NCBI RefSeq assembly: GCF_036588685.1
Contig: NC_086386.1
Span: 65,844,001 to 65,908,000, forward strand
From: Mytilus trossulus
Lineage: Eukaryota
Direction of reading: 5' to 3'
Length of the DNA stretch: 64,000 nucleotides
In this document: piece by piece, positions 48,901 to 60,151 of the stretch
How positions within the stretch are numbered: position 1 is the first letter of the stretch
Layout of the letters: each line of letters starts with the position of its first letter
The notes under the pieces: generated by a model
What the model saw: the letters and a program-made list of their open reading frames with translations, nothing else
What the model was told of the DNA's origin: nothing
Databases searched by the model: none
Program-made: the position numbers and the translations under genes

Positions 48901-51718
48901 GATAGTTTTATTGGCGCTAATGAATGTTGCAGTTTTTATGATAAAGTTATGCAAAAAAAAATTCGCGTAATTAACTTGTGGTGCAAATTAATTCTTTTTT
49001 AGCCAAACTAGATATCGGCCTTCAAAACATTGTGTATACACAAACAAAGCAAAATTTATCTTTTACGCAGTCTAGCCGGAGAATACAAGTTTTTGCAATT
49101 TGTGAAGGATTTTAATTTTAGAATGTAATGAACAAGTAAGAAGATCGTTAAATCGGAAAATGAGCTATGCACGATGAAAGGGAAAAGTTTGGTGCGTCGA
49201 TAAAAATTTCATGGATTCACTTGATAATTGTACAGTTTCAAGTCTTTAAATAACACCCATTTGTAGAACTGATTATTTCGATCCTTCAAATATGCATGTG
49301 TAGAATAATAATAAAAAAAATATACTATTAAGTCTCTTTCATATTGATACTGTAGATTTGTATTTTAACATCGATTGCAAACATAACGTTCAGTGAGAAA
49401 TATTTCATGTATTCGTACAGAAAACAAATCAACTTCTTTCAGAATACAATTGATTGGTTATTGAAGTAAATGATTTGCGACAGAATCAGTGACACTTGGC
49501 CAGAAGCGTACCTCTAAAATAAAGAAATATAAAAAAAAAAGGTTACTCATAATGGACTTTTTACAGTCAATGCCGAAAATATTAAATACATCGATTTAAA
49601 TTATGTACACAATAAATATTTTTTGTGTACAAAGTTTTCCGTGTCTACATTTAGATACGAGTATCATATAGAAAACCATCATGTTATATATTTAACTATT
49701 TTATTTTCAACAGATTCACAAGTTTTGCATTTTTAGACCGCGTGTGCATATATGTTTTAATGTTTTTATTTTAATTCCTTAATTATATATGAACATGATA
49801 CGTGTATTATTCATTCGTTTCAACGTTTTAAATTGTGAAGCATGTGAATTCAATAAGACTATACGCATTTAAAGTTTGAAACAAAAAACGATAGATTACA
49901 TCGAGGTCGTTTTGCTTGGGTGATTTACCTGTAAAAAGCCCGGGTCTCATCCATGTTTAAAACGAATTAATGCATGTTTGAAAAAGTTTAACGGGGGCGT
50001 GGCCTATTAGTTTAACGCAACTAACCAGCAACTTGATTTCAATTGATTCACCGCAGAGAAATCTATTTGACTGGCGTTAAAATGAATTGATATGAATTGA
50101 TATGAATTAAATAAAATTTTTAATGTTTGTCAATCTTTATCAAATAACGATCAATCTCATTTAAATAGCGTTAACACGTTTTTGTCCGTTCAAGTTAAAT
50201 TCGGGTTACTAGTGATATATATATATATTAATTAAATTAATTATCACGTCTGCTTTACACGCAGAAGGTCGCGAGTTCGAACCTCGCCAGAACCTGGTTT
50301 GTTTTTGCAAATGGGCACCCCATAACTTTTAATAATGAAAGAAATTGTTCGTGTAACTGCAATTGTTTGAAACCGAAAATTTGGCTAGATATAATTCAGA
50401 AATATTTGTTAGCACCCAAGGTCATGTAGCAATCTATTGAAAAACCTATCATCTCCTAAACAGTATGTATACTGAGGCAAATGTAAAGTCTATATAGCTT
50501 TTGGGAGATGACAGAATGGTTCAGAAACTGACATTTGGTACGACGTAACATTATCTAACGTGTTATATATCATACTGAATGGCGGTTAAATTGTGTCAGT
50601 TGAAGAAAGAAGAAAAAAACGAGAAAAAAAAAACCAACCACAGCAATTGCTTTTAACGTGTTACAATTTATAGTAGCTGTATTGAGAACTTTTACAGTTT
50701 TAATGAAAATCCGAATAGTAAATCCTACCGTTTTCTCAAATTGTTAAACTTCGGCATCGAATTAAAAGAGGATAACTATACATGCAATTGTGCCGATAAT
50801 ATAGCTAACTTAAACAAGTTGACAAATGATAGGCGTACATTTACTAAAAAGCAAAACAAATAGGGGCCTATTCAAGTGCACCTTTCATGATGCACTCGCC
50901 TTAAATGCAATGAAACAATAAAAGTCATTGCTGCCTGAGAATGATTGTTGGTTCCGTATGATACATGTAGCAAAATGACATATCTATTTTATGCAATTTC
51001 CTCTCGATTTTGAAATTATTACAATTTGAGATTTCGTAGTAAACCGTCTAGGAAATGAAGTGTTGTTAATCCTGCTTTCTTTTTCTTCTTCTTTTTTTTT
51101 TAGTTAAAAAGAGCTATTTAGGTGTAATACCACCATTGATTTTCCCCTATTAGTCTTTGTTAAATTTGCACTTTTCAAAAAATTGTGTAGAATTTATCTT
51201 TGTTTCAAATAAAGAAATACTTGGCATGAGTAAAGTTTTATCCTGTCCAGTTCTATAGAAAAAGTTTCACATAACATTTCATTGCATATAAGAAAATAAC
51301 CATCATTGGAAGTTAACCAATCAAATTTCTCCCCTTATGCTATCTGTGTACAAGGTTTAGTCACCATGCAACCTCAAGATTACAAAATTTTCTATAGAAA
51401 TCGCAAATAAAAAATAATGGTATTTTGAAATACCCAAGACATTTGTTTATGACTCAGAAATAGTTTTACTGCAATAAAATGTAGGATTAATTACCTACAA
51501 CGGTCAAATTCAAGGGAATATTTGTTTAGACCTACTTTCGTATGCAACCGGATGTGACGTACCATGATTTGGTGGTATTACACCTTTAACATAAAAAAAA
51601 AAAAAGAAGAAAATTTCTCGATTAAAGACTCTCTCATTTGTATAAGTTGACGCGTCAGTGCCGGGGCAATGTAAGAAAAAAAAACCAAAAAAAAACTTGT
51701 CCAAGCCGAAAAAAAGTA

Positions 51719-51791
51719 TGTTTCCGCTGAGGATTGAACTCAGGACCTTCCGCGTGTTAAGCGGATGTGATAACCACTACACCACGGAAAC
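51719..51791 (-). tRNA. trnV-AAC: tRNA-Val(AAC)
   Basis: Intact copy. Confidence 0.96.
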
Positions 51792-52197
51792 CATTAATGA
51801 ATTGTGTCTTATATATTTATTTATTAGTCAGCTGTCCGACTGATCATTGGCGTATTGGTGGTTTTTTAATACTCATTTGCATTACTGTGATTTTTTATTA
51901 AGAACATTGTATTAAACATTTGAAAAGTCCTTCGTGCAAACTTATAGGAAGCACTTATAAAACCTAAAAGAAGTACGTGATACATTCTGAAATATGGAAG
52001 AGTGCAGTTGAAAACTTTTCTTTTTATCTTGCTCTCCCCATGTGTGTCAGTGGTTTCATTTTAACCTGTGTGTGCTATAGCAATCTAAGCTGAGAGGCAC
52101 AAGTTAGACTCTGATGATATGCCTATTTGTTTAGCGATTTTCACATGATATATAAACTGAAGTATAAGTTCGAAAATATTTGATAAGTACATTGTCC

Positions 52198-52270
52198 GGT
52201 TCTGTGGTGTAGTGGTTATCACGTCTGCTTTACACGCAGAAGGTCGCGAGTTCGAACCTCGCCAGAACCT
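52198..52270 (+). tRNA. trnV-TAC: tRNA-Val(TAC)
   Basis: Intact copy upstream of E3. Confidence 0.95.
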
Positions 52271-52494
52271 GGTTTGTTTTTGCAAATGGGCACCCCATAA
52301 CTTTTAATAATGAAAGAAATTGTTCGTGTAACTGCAATTGTTTGAAACCGAAAATTTGGCTAGATATAATTCAGAAATATTTTTTAGCACCCAAGGTCAT
52401 GTAGCAATCTATTGAAAAACCTATCATCTCCTAAACAGTATGTATACTGAGGCAAATGTAAAGTCTATATAGCTTTTGGGAGATGACAGAATGG

Positions 52495-54173
52495 CTTTTT
52501 TTTGGTCGAGTGGACCTTGATGTGAACGGACGTACATTTTGTCGTATGGAAAAATACACTCTGTTTATATGTTATTGCTCGGATTTCCAAGCTAGATAAA
52601 GGATTAATGTGATTCTGACTTGTAACAGCAGTAAGTCTTTTTCATTATATTGCAAAATTTCGTCGTAAAGTAACTTTTGTAGACATGTTAAGATCATCGT
52701 GTAAAATGAGGTCCTAAAGGGGAATTTATTAGGATTGTGTTTTTTATTCCATCATGGAAAGATTACCGTTATTATTGACAAGTACGATACATAATGCTTG
52801 TGAACAATTTCGTAACATTACATTTACAGTGCACGGAGAAAACGATAAAGCAAGAATATCAATTATGTTTACTAATCAAGAGAGTATCAAAAGTAAGCGT
52901 AAATCGAATTCTACAATTAAACGTGACAATAAAAGACTGAGGGAATATAATGAAAACAATAGTGACACTATAATAAAAGAATGTGCCACAAATACTCAGT
53001 GTTCAAATAATGCAGATAATTATGTCGAATTAGTTAGCGAAATGGACGTTGAAGTTACCCCGAGTGGTACCCCAACAACGTTAACAGGTGAAATTCAATC
53101 AGCTGAGAATGTGAATATTGATTTGTGTGTACACAAAACAGGTAAATCGCCTGACTTATCGGAATGTGTAAACAATAACAAAGATGTAAATACAGGTGAA
53201 AATGTATGTTCAGCAGACAATATTGAAGAAATTAAGGTAGCACAGGAAGATTGGAATTTGGATGATAATTCTGATTTCTTTGCTACTTTTAAGTTCCGTA
53301 AATCAAAAGATAGTACATGTGACAAACCGCCGGTTTCAAATATTTCTGTTAAAACGAAAGAAATTAAGAAATCAAATATAAGAACTGAAGAAAGTGAAAC
53401 AGATGATGCTAATATGAAAACCGTACATGATGCAAGTGATGATGAAGAATGTGAATTAATTTCCAAATTTGTCCTGAAAAAAAGTAAATTTACAATTGGT
53501 AAACTGATTTGCAAAATTGAAAAAACGGGTAGACTTATTATTTTGGATATAGACTCAAACACATACGAAGAACTAGTTAGAAGTGACCGATATTACAAAA
53601 AGTTCAATACAGTATTGACACAAGACTTCAGTGATGTTCGTGAAACGCAGCATATGAATGCTGAAATTGAACAGGCAATACTTCAGATGATAGACTATGC
53701 TAAAAATAAAAAATTGTTGTAAATAAATTGTTGATAAATATATATTCTTTGTGAGCATGCGTGTATGTATTTGTAAGATTGAGTGTATGCTAGCTTTTGT
53801 TTTTTGCCTGCGGAATTATTTATGACTGCTGTCACATAGAAATTGTTTGATATTGATGAATATCAACGTTTATGATCGTGAACTCGCATGGTGGAATGGT
53901 TTCCAGCCCCGTACGAACATTTGATTATTTCGTTTCAATTTTCGTCTCTTTATTTTCTGTAAACATTGAAAGACAATTACCAGTTAATTTCATACTTTAT
54001 ATTGTATTCTGCGTAGGTTTCTAATATAAGTTGAATGATTGAGCTGCATGAAAGATTAGTGTGAGGTAGCATGATAGTATAGGGACTTGATGTTTTCCAA
54101 TAATATGTTGTAAAGTGATGTAGAAGATGATAAAGATTTGTGCAATAAATTTTATCAAGATAAAAAAAAAAAA
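52495..54173 (+). mobile_element. Polyadenylated single-ORF, RT-less retro-element E3, 3' end joined inside tRNA-Val(TAC)
   Basis: Array homology stops at 52494. 259-bp leader, 322-aa ORF, ~440-bp trailer, then AATAAA...AAGAT-(A)12 joined to TCACGTCTG, the same junction as E1/E2. Confidence 0.88.
52754..53722 (+). CDS. Intact 322-aa protein of unknown function carried by E3
   Basis: Uninterrupted ATG-TAA ORF in AT-rich DNA. Compact N-domain with basic KSKRKSNSTIKRDNKRLR, acidic disordered middle, folded-looking C-domain. No RT, endonuclease or CCHC motif. Confidence 0.85.
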   Translation: MERLPLLLTSTIHNACEQFRNITFTVHGENDKARISIMFTNQESIKSKRKSNSTIKRDNKRLREYNENNSDTIIKECATNTQCSNNADNYVELVSEMDVEVTPSGTPTTLTGEIQSAENVNIDLCVHKTGKSPDLSECVNNNKDVNTGENVCSADNIEEIKVAQEDWNLDDNSDFFATFKFRKSKDSTCDKPPVSNISVKTKEIKKSNIRTEESETDDANMKTVHDASDDEECELISKFVLKKSKFTIGKLICKIEKTGRLIILDIDSNTYEELVRSDRYYKKFNTVLTQDFSDVRETQHMNAEIEQAILQMIDYAKNKKLL

Positions 54174-54225
54174 TCACGTCTGCTTTACACGCAGAAGGTC
54201 GCGAGTTCGAACCTCGCCAGAACCT
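54173..54225 (+). pseudogene. 3' fragment (positions 21-73) of tRNA-Val(TAC) after E3
   Basis: ATCACGTCTGC...CAGAACCT directly follows the poly(A). Confidence 0.92.
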
Positions 54226-55647
54226 GGTTTGTTTTTGCAAATGGGCACCCCATAACTTTTAATAATGAAAGAAATTGTTCGTGTAACTGCAATTGTTTGA
54301 AACCGAAAATTTGGCTAGATATAATTCAGAAATATTTGTTAGCACCCAAGGTCATGTAGCAATCTATTGAAAAACCTATCATCTCCTAAACAGTATGTAT
54401 ACTGAGGCAAATGTAAAGTCTATATAGCTTTTGGGAGATGACAGAATGGTTCAGAAACTGACATTTGGTACGACGTAACATTATCTAACGTGTTATATAT
54501 CATACTGAATGGCGGTTAAATTGTGTCAGTGGAAGAAAGAAGAAAAAAACGAGAAAAAAAAACCAACCACAGCAATTGCTTTTAACGTGTTACAATTTAT
54601 AGTAGCTGTATTGAGAACTTTTACAGTTTTAATGAAAATCCGAATAGTAAATCCTACCGTTTTCTCAAATTGTTAAACTTCGGCATCGAATTAAAAGAGG
54701 ATAACTATACATGCAATTGTGCCGATAATATAGCTAACTTAAACAAGTTGACAAATGATAGGCGTACATTTACTAAAAAGCAAAACAAATAGGGGCCTAT
54801 TCAAGTGCACCTTTCATGATGCACTCGCCTTAAATGCAATGAAACAATAAAAGTCATTGCTGCCTGAGAATGATTGTTGGTTCCGTATGATACATGTAGC
54901 AAAATGACATATCTATTTTATGCAATTTCCTCTCGATTTTGAAATTATTACAATTTGAGATTTCGTAGTAAACCGTCTAGGAAATGAAGTGTTGTTAATC
55001 CTGCTTTCTTTTTCTTCTTCTTTTTTTTTTAGTTAAAAAGAGCTATTTAGGTGTAATACCACCATTGATTTTCCCCTATTAGTCTTTGTTAAATTTGCAC
55101 TTTTCAAAAAATTGTGTAGAATTTATCTTTGTTTCAAATAAAGAAATACTTGGCATGAGTAAAGTTTTATCCTGTCCAGTTCTATAGAAAAAGTTTCACA
55201 TAACATTTCATTGCATATAAGAAAATAACCATCATTGGAAGTTAACCAATCAAATTTCTCCCCTTATGCTATCTGTGTACAAGGTTTAGTCACCATGCAA
55301 CCTCAAGATTACAAAATTTTCTATAGAAATCGCAAATAAAAAATAATGGTATTTTGAAATACCCAAGACATTTGTTTATGACTCAGAAATAGTTTTACTG
55401 CAATAAAATGTAGGATTAATTACCTACAACGGTCAAATTCAAGGGAATATTTTTTTAGACCTACTTTCGTATGCAACCGGATGTGACGTACCATGATTTG
55501 GTGGTATTACACCTTTAACATAAAAAAAAAAAAAGAAGAAAATTTCTCGATTAAAGACTCTCTCATTTGTATAAGTTGACGCGTCAGTGCCGGGGCAATG
55601 TAAGAAAAAAAAACCAAAAAAAAACTTGTCCAAGCCGAAAAAAAGTA

Positions 55648-55720
55648 TGTTTCCGCTGAGGATTGAACTCAGGACCTTCCGCGTGTTAAGCGGATGTTAT
55701 AACCACTACACCACGGAAAC
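55648..55720 (-). tRNA. trnV-AAC: tRNA-Val(AAC) with a D-stem substitution (TCAC>TAAC, position 55698)
   Basis: cggatgttat instead of cggatgtgat. Confidence 0.85.
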
Positions 55721-56126
55721 CATTAATGAATTGTGTCTTATATATTTATTTATTAGTCAGCTGTCCGACTGATCATTGGCGTATTGGTGGTTTTTTAATA
55801 CTCATTTGCATTACTGTGATTTTTTATTAAGAACATTGTATTAAACATTTGAAAAGTCCTTCGTGCAAACTTATAGGAAGCACTTATAAAACCTAAAAGA
55901 AGTACGTGATACATTCTGAAATATGGAAGAGTGCAGTTGAAAACTTTTCTTTTTATCTTGCTCTCCCCATGTGTGTCAGTGGTTTCATTTTAACCTGTGT
56001 GTGCTATAGCAATCTAAGCTGAGAGGCACAAGTTAGACTCTGATGATATGCCTATTTGTTTAGCGATTTTCACATGATATATAAACTGAAGTATAAGTTC
56101 GAAAATATTTGATAAGTACATTGTCC

Positions 56127-56199
56127 GGTTCTGTGGTGTAGTGGTTATCACGTCTGCTTTACACGCAGAAGGTCGCGAGTTCGAACCTCGCCAGAACCT
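56127..56199 (+). tRNA. trnV-TAC: tRNA-Val(TAC)
   Basis: Intact copy. Confidence 0.95.
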
Positions 56200-57620
56200 G
56201 GTTTGTTTTTGCAAATGGGCACCCCATAACTTTTAATAATGAAAGAAATTGTTCGTGTAACTGCAATTGTTTGAAACCGAAAATTTGGCTAGATATAATT
56301 CAGAAATATTTGTTAGCACCCAAGGTCATGTAGCAATCTATTGAAAAACCTATCATCTCCTAAACAGTATGTATACTGAGGCAAATGTAAAGTCTATATA
56401 GCTTTTGGGAGATGACAGAATGGTTCAGAAACTGACATTTGGTACGACGTAACATTATCTAACGTGTTATATATCATACTGAATGGCGGTTAAATTGTGT
56501 CAGTGGAAGAAAGAAGAAAAAAACGAGAAAAAAAAACCAACCACAGCAATTGCTTTTAACGTGTTACAATTTATAGTAGCTGTATTGAGAACTTTTACAG
56601 TTTTAATGAAAATCCGAATAGTAAATCCTACCGTTTTCTCAAATTGTTAAACTTCGGCATCGAATTAAAAGAGGATAACTATACATGCAATTGTGCCGAT
56701 AATATAGCTAACTTAAACAAGTTGACAAATGATAGGCGTACATTTACTAAAAAGCAAAACAAATAGGGGCCTATTCAAGTGCACCTTTCATGATGCACTC
56801 GCCTTAAATGCAATGAAACAATAAAAGTCATTGCTGCCTGAGAATGATTGTTGGTTCCGTATGATACATGTAGCAAAATGACATATCTATTTTATGCAAT
56901 TTCCTCTCGATTTTGAAATTATTACAATTTGAGATTTCGTAGTAAACCGTCTAGGAAATGAAGTGTTGTTAATCCTGCTTTCTTTTTCTTCTTCTTTTTT
57001 TTTTAGTTAAAAAGAGCTATTTAGGTGTAATACCACCATTGATTTTCCCCTATTAGTCTTTGTTAAATTTGCACTTTTCAAAAAATTGTGTAGAATTTAT
57101 CTTTGTTTCAAATAAAGAAATACTTGGCATGAGTAAAGTTTTATCCTGTCCAGTTCTATAGAAAAAGTTTCACATAACATTTCATTGCATATAAGAAAAT
57201 AACCATCATTGGAAGTTAACCAATCAAATTTCTCCCCTTATGCTATCTGTGTACAAGGTTTAGTCACCATGCAACCTCAAGATTACAAAATTTTCTATAG
57301 AAATCGCAAATAAAAAATAATGGTATTTTGAAATACCCAAGACATTTGTTTATGACTCAGAAATAGTTTTACTGCAATAAAATGTAGGATTAATTACCTA
57401 CAACGGTCAAATTCAAGGGAATATTTTTTTAGACCTACTTTCGTATGCAACCGGATGTGACGTACCATGATTTGGTGGTATTACACCTTTAACATAAAAA
57501 AAAAAAAGAAGAAAATTTCTCGATTAAAGACTCTCTCATTTGTATAAGTTGACGCGTCAGTGCCGGGGCAATGTAAGAAAAAAAAACCAAAAAAAAACTT
57601 GTCCAAGCCGAAAAAAAGTA

Positions 57621-57693
57621 TGTTTCCGCTGAGGATTGAACTCAGGACCTTCCGCGTGTTAAGCGGATGTGATAACCACTACACCACGGAAAC
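57621..57693 (-). tRNA. trnV-AAC: tRNA-Val(AAC)
   Basis: Intact copy. Confidence 0.96.
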
Positions 57694-58099
57694 CATTAAT
57701 GAATTGTGTCTTATATATTTATTTATTAGTCAGCTGTCCGACTGATCATTGGCGTATTGGTGGTTTTTTAATACTCATTTGCATTACTGTGATTTTTTAT
57801 TAAGAACATTGTATTAAACATTTGAAAAGTCCTTCGTGCAAACTTATAGGAAGCACTTATAAAACCTAAAAGAAGTACGTGATACATTCTGAAATATGGA
57901 AGAGTGCAGTTGAAAACTTTTCTTTTTATCTTGCTCTCCCCATGTGTGTCAGTGGTTTCATTTTAACCTGTGTGTGCTATAGCAATCTAAGCTGAGAGGC
58001 ACAAGTTAGACTCTGATGATATGCCTATTTGTTTAGCGATTTTCACATGATATATAAACTGAAGTATAAGTTCGAAAATATTTGATAAGTACATTGTCC

Positions 58100-58172
58100 G
58101 GTTCTGTGGTGTAGTGGTTATCACGTCTGCTTTACACGCAGAAGGTCGCGAGTTCGAACCTCGCCAGAACCT
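58100..58172 (+). tRNA. trnV-TAC: tRNA-Val(TAC)
   Basis: Intact copy. Confidence 0.95.
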
Positions 58173-59595
58173 GGTTTGTTTTTGCAAATGGGCACCCCAT
58201 AACTTTTAATAATGAAAGAAATTGTTCGTGTAACTGCAATTGTTTGAAACCGAAAATTTGGCTAGATATAATTCAGAAATATTTGTTAGCACCCAAGGTC
58301 ATGTAGCAATCTATTGAAAAACCTATCATCTCCTAAACAGTATGTATACTGAGGCAAATGTAAAGTCTATATAGCTTTTGGGAGATGACAGAATGGTTCA
58401 GAAACTGACATTTGGTACGACGTAACATTATCTAACGTGTTATATATCATACTGAATGGCGGTTAAATTGTGTCAGTTGAAGAAAGAAGAAAAAAACGAG
58501 AAAAAAAAAACCAACCACAGCAATTGCTTTTAACGTGTTACAATTTATAGTAACTGTATTGAGAACTTTTACAGTTTTAATGAAAATCCGAATAGTAAAT
58601 CCTACCGTTTTCTCAAATTGTTAAACTTCGGCATCGAATTAAAAGAGGATAACTATACATGCAATTGTGCCGATAATATAGCTAACTTAAACAAGTTGAC
58701 AAATGATAGGCGTACATTTACTAAAAAGCAAAACAAATAGGGGCCTATTCAAGTGCACCTTTCATGATGCACTCGCCTTAAATGCAATGAAACAATAAAA
58801 GTCATTGCTGCCTGAGAATGATTGTTGGTTCCGTATGATACATGTAGCAAAATGACATATCTATTTTATGCAATTTCCTCTCGATTTTGAAATTATTACA
58901 ATTTGAGATTTCGTAGTAAACCGTCTAGGAAATGAAGTGTTGTTAATCCTGCTTTCTTTTTCTTCTTCTTTTTTTTTTAGTTAAAAAGAGCTATTTAGGT
59001 GTAATACCACCATTGATTTTCCCCTATTAGTCTTTGTTAAATTTGCACTTTTCAAAAAATTGTGTAGAATTTATCTTTGTTTCAAATAAAGAAATACTTG
59101 GCATGAGTAAAGTTTTATCCTGTCCAGTTCTATAGAAAAAGTTTCACATAACATTTCATTGCATATAAGAAAATAACCATCATTGGAAGTTAACCAATCA
59201 AATTTCTCCCCTTATGCTATCTGTGTACAAGGTTTAGTCACCATGCAACCTCAAGATTACAAAATTTTCTATAGAAATCGCAAATAAAAAATAATGGTAT
59301 TTTGAAATACCCAAGACATTTGTTTATGACTCAGAAATAGTTTTACTGCAATAAAATGTAGGATTAATTACCTACAACGGTCAAATTCAAGGGAATATTT
59401 TTTTAGACCTACTTTCGTATGCAACCGGATGTGACGTACCATGATTTGGTGGTATTACACCTTTAACATAAAAAAAAAAAAAGAAGAAAATTTCTCGATT
59501 AAAGACTCTCTCATTTGTATAAGTTGACGCGTCAGTGCCGGGGCAATGTAAGAAAAAAAAACCAAAAAAAAACTTGTCCAAGCCGAAAAAAAGTA

Positions 59596-59668
59596 TGTTT
59601 CCGCTGAGGATTGAACTCAGGACCTTCCGCGTGTTAAGCGGATGTGATAACCACTACACCACGGAAAC
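59596..59668 (-). tRNA. trnV-AAC: tRNA-Val(AAC)
   Basis: Intact copy. Confidence 0.96.
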
Positions 59669-60074
59669 CATTAATGAATTGTGTCTTATATATTTATTTA
59701 TTAGTCAGCTGTCCGACTGATCATTGGCGTATTGGTGGTTTTTTAATACTCATTTGCATTACTGTGATTTTTTATTAAGAACATTGTATTAAACATTTGA
59801 AAAGTCCTTCGTGCAAACTTATAGGAAGCACTTATAAAACCTAAAAGAAGTACGTGATACATTCTGAAATATGGAAGAGTGCAGTTGAAAACTTTTCTTT
59901 TTATCTTGCTCTCCCCATGTGTGTCAGTGGTTTCATTTTAACCTGTGTGTGCTATAGCAATCTAAGCTGAGAGGCACAAGTTAGACTCTGATGATATGCC
60001 TATTTGTTTAGCGATTTTCACATGATATATAAACTGAAGTATAAGTTCGAAAATATTTGATAAGTACATTGTCC

Positions 60075-60151
60075 GGTTCTGTGGTGTCTGTAGTGGTTAT
60101 CACGTCTGCTTTACACGCAGAAGGTCGCGAGTTCGAACCTCGCCAGAACCT
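60075..60151 (+). pseudogene. tRNA-Val(TAC) variant with the 4-bp CTGT insertion
   Basis: Same insertion as 36313-36389. Confidence 0.85.

Larger units (their letters stand above)
38317..50213. mobile_element. 11.9-kb non-autonomous long-TIR DNA element (superfamily unresolved; right end reads CACTAG, EnSpm/CACTA-like)
   Basis: ACTAGTAACCCGAATTTAACTTG... TIRs of ~350 bp (38317-38666 vs 49863-50213), with a degenerate extension to ~38775/~49680. No long ORF inside. Confidence 0.88.
38295..50295 (+). pseudogene. tRNA-Val(TAC) split by the 11.9-kb TIR element
   Basis: 5' piece at 38295-38316, 3' piece at 50241-50295. Confidence 0.92.

Noticed and set aside
38317-50213. Dada-type tRNA-targeting DNA transposon
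   Set aside because: Dada elements lack long TIRs and encode a DDE transposase; this element has ~350-bp TIRs and no such ORF.
53095-53758. Minus-strand ORFs within E3, and similar antisense ORFs in the Polinton (17858, 18296, 26713, 28219, 29156)
   Set aside because: Antisense or off-frame shadows of longer genuine ORFs, with S/F/L-biased composition.
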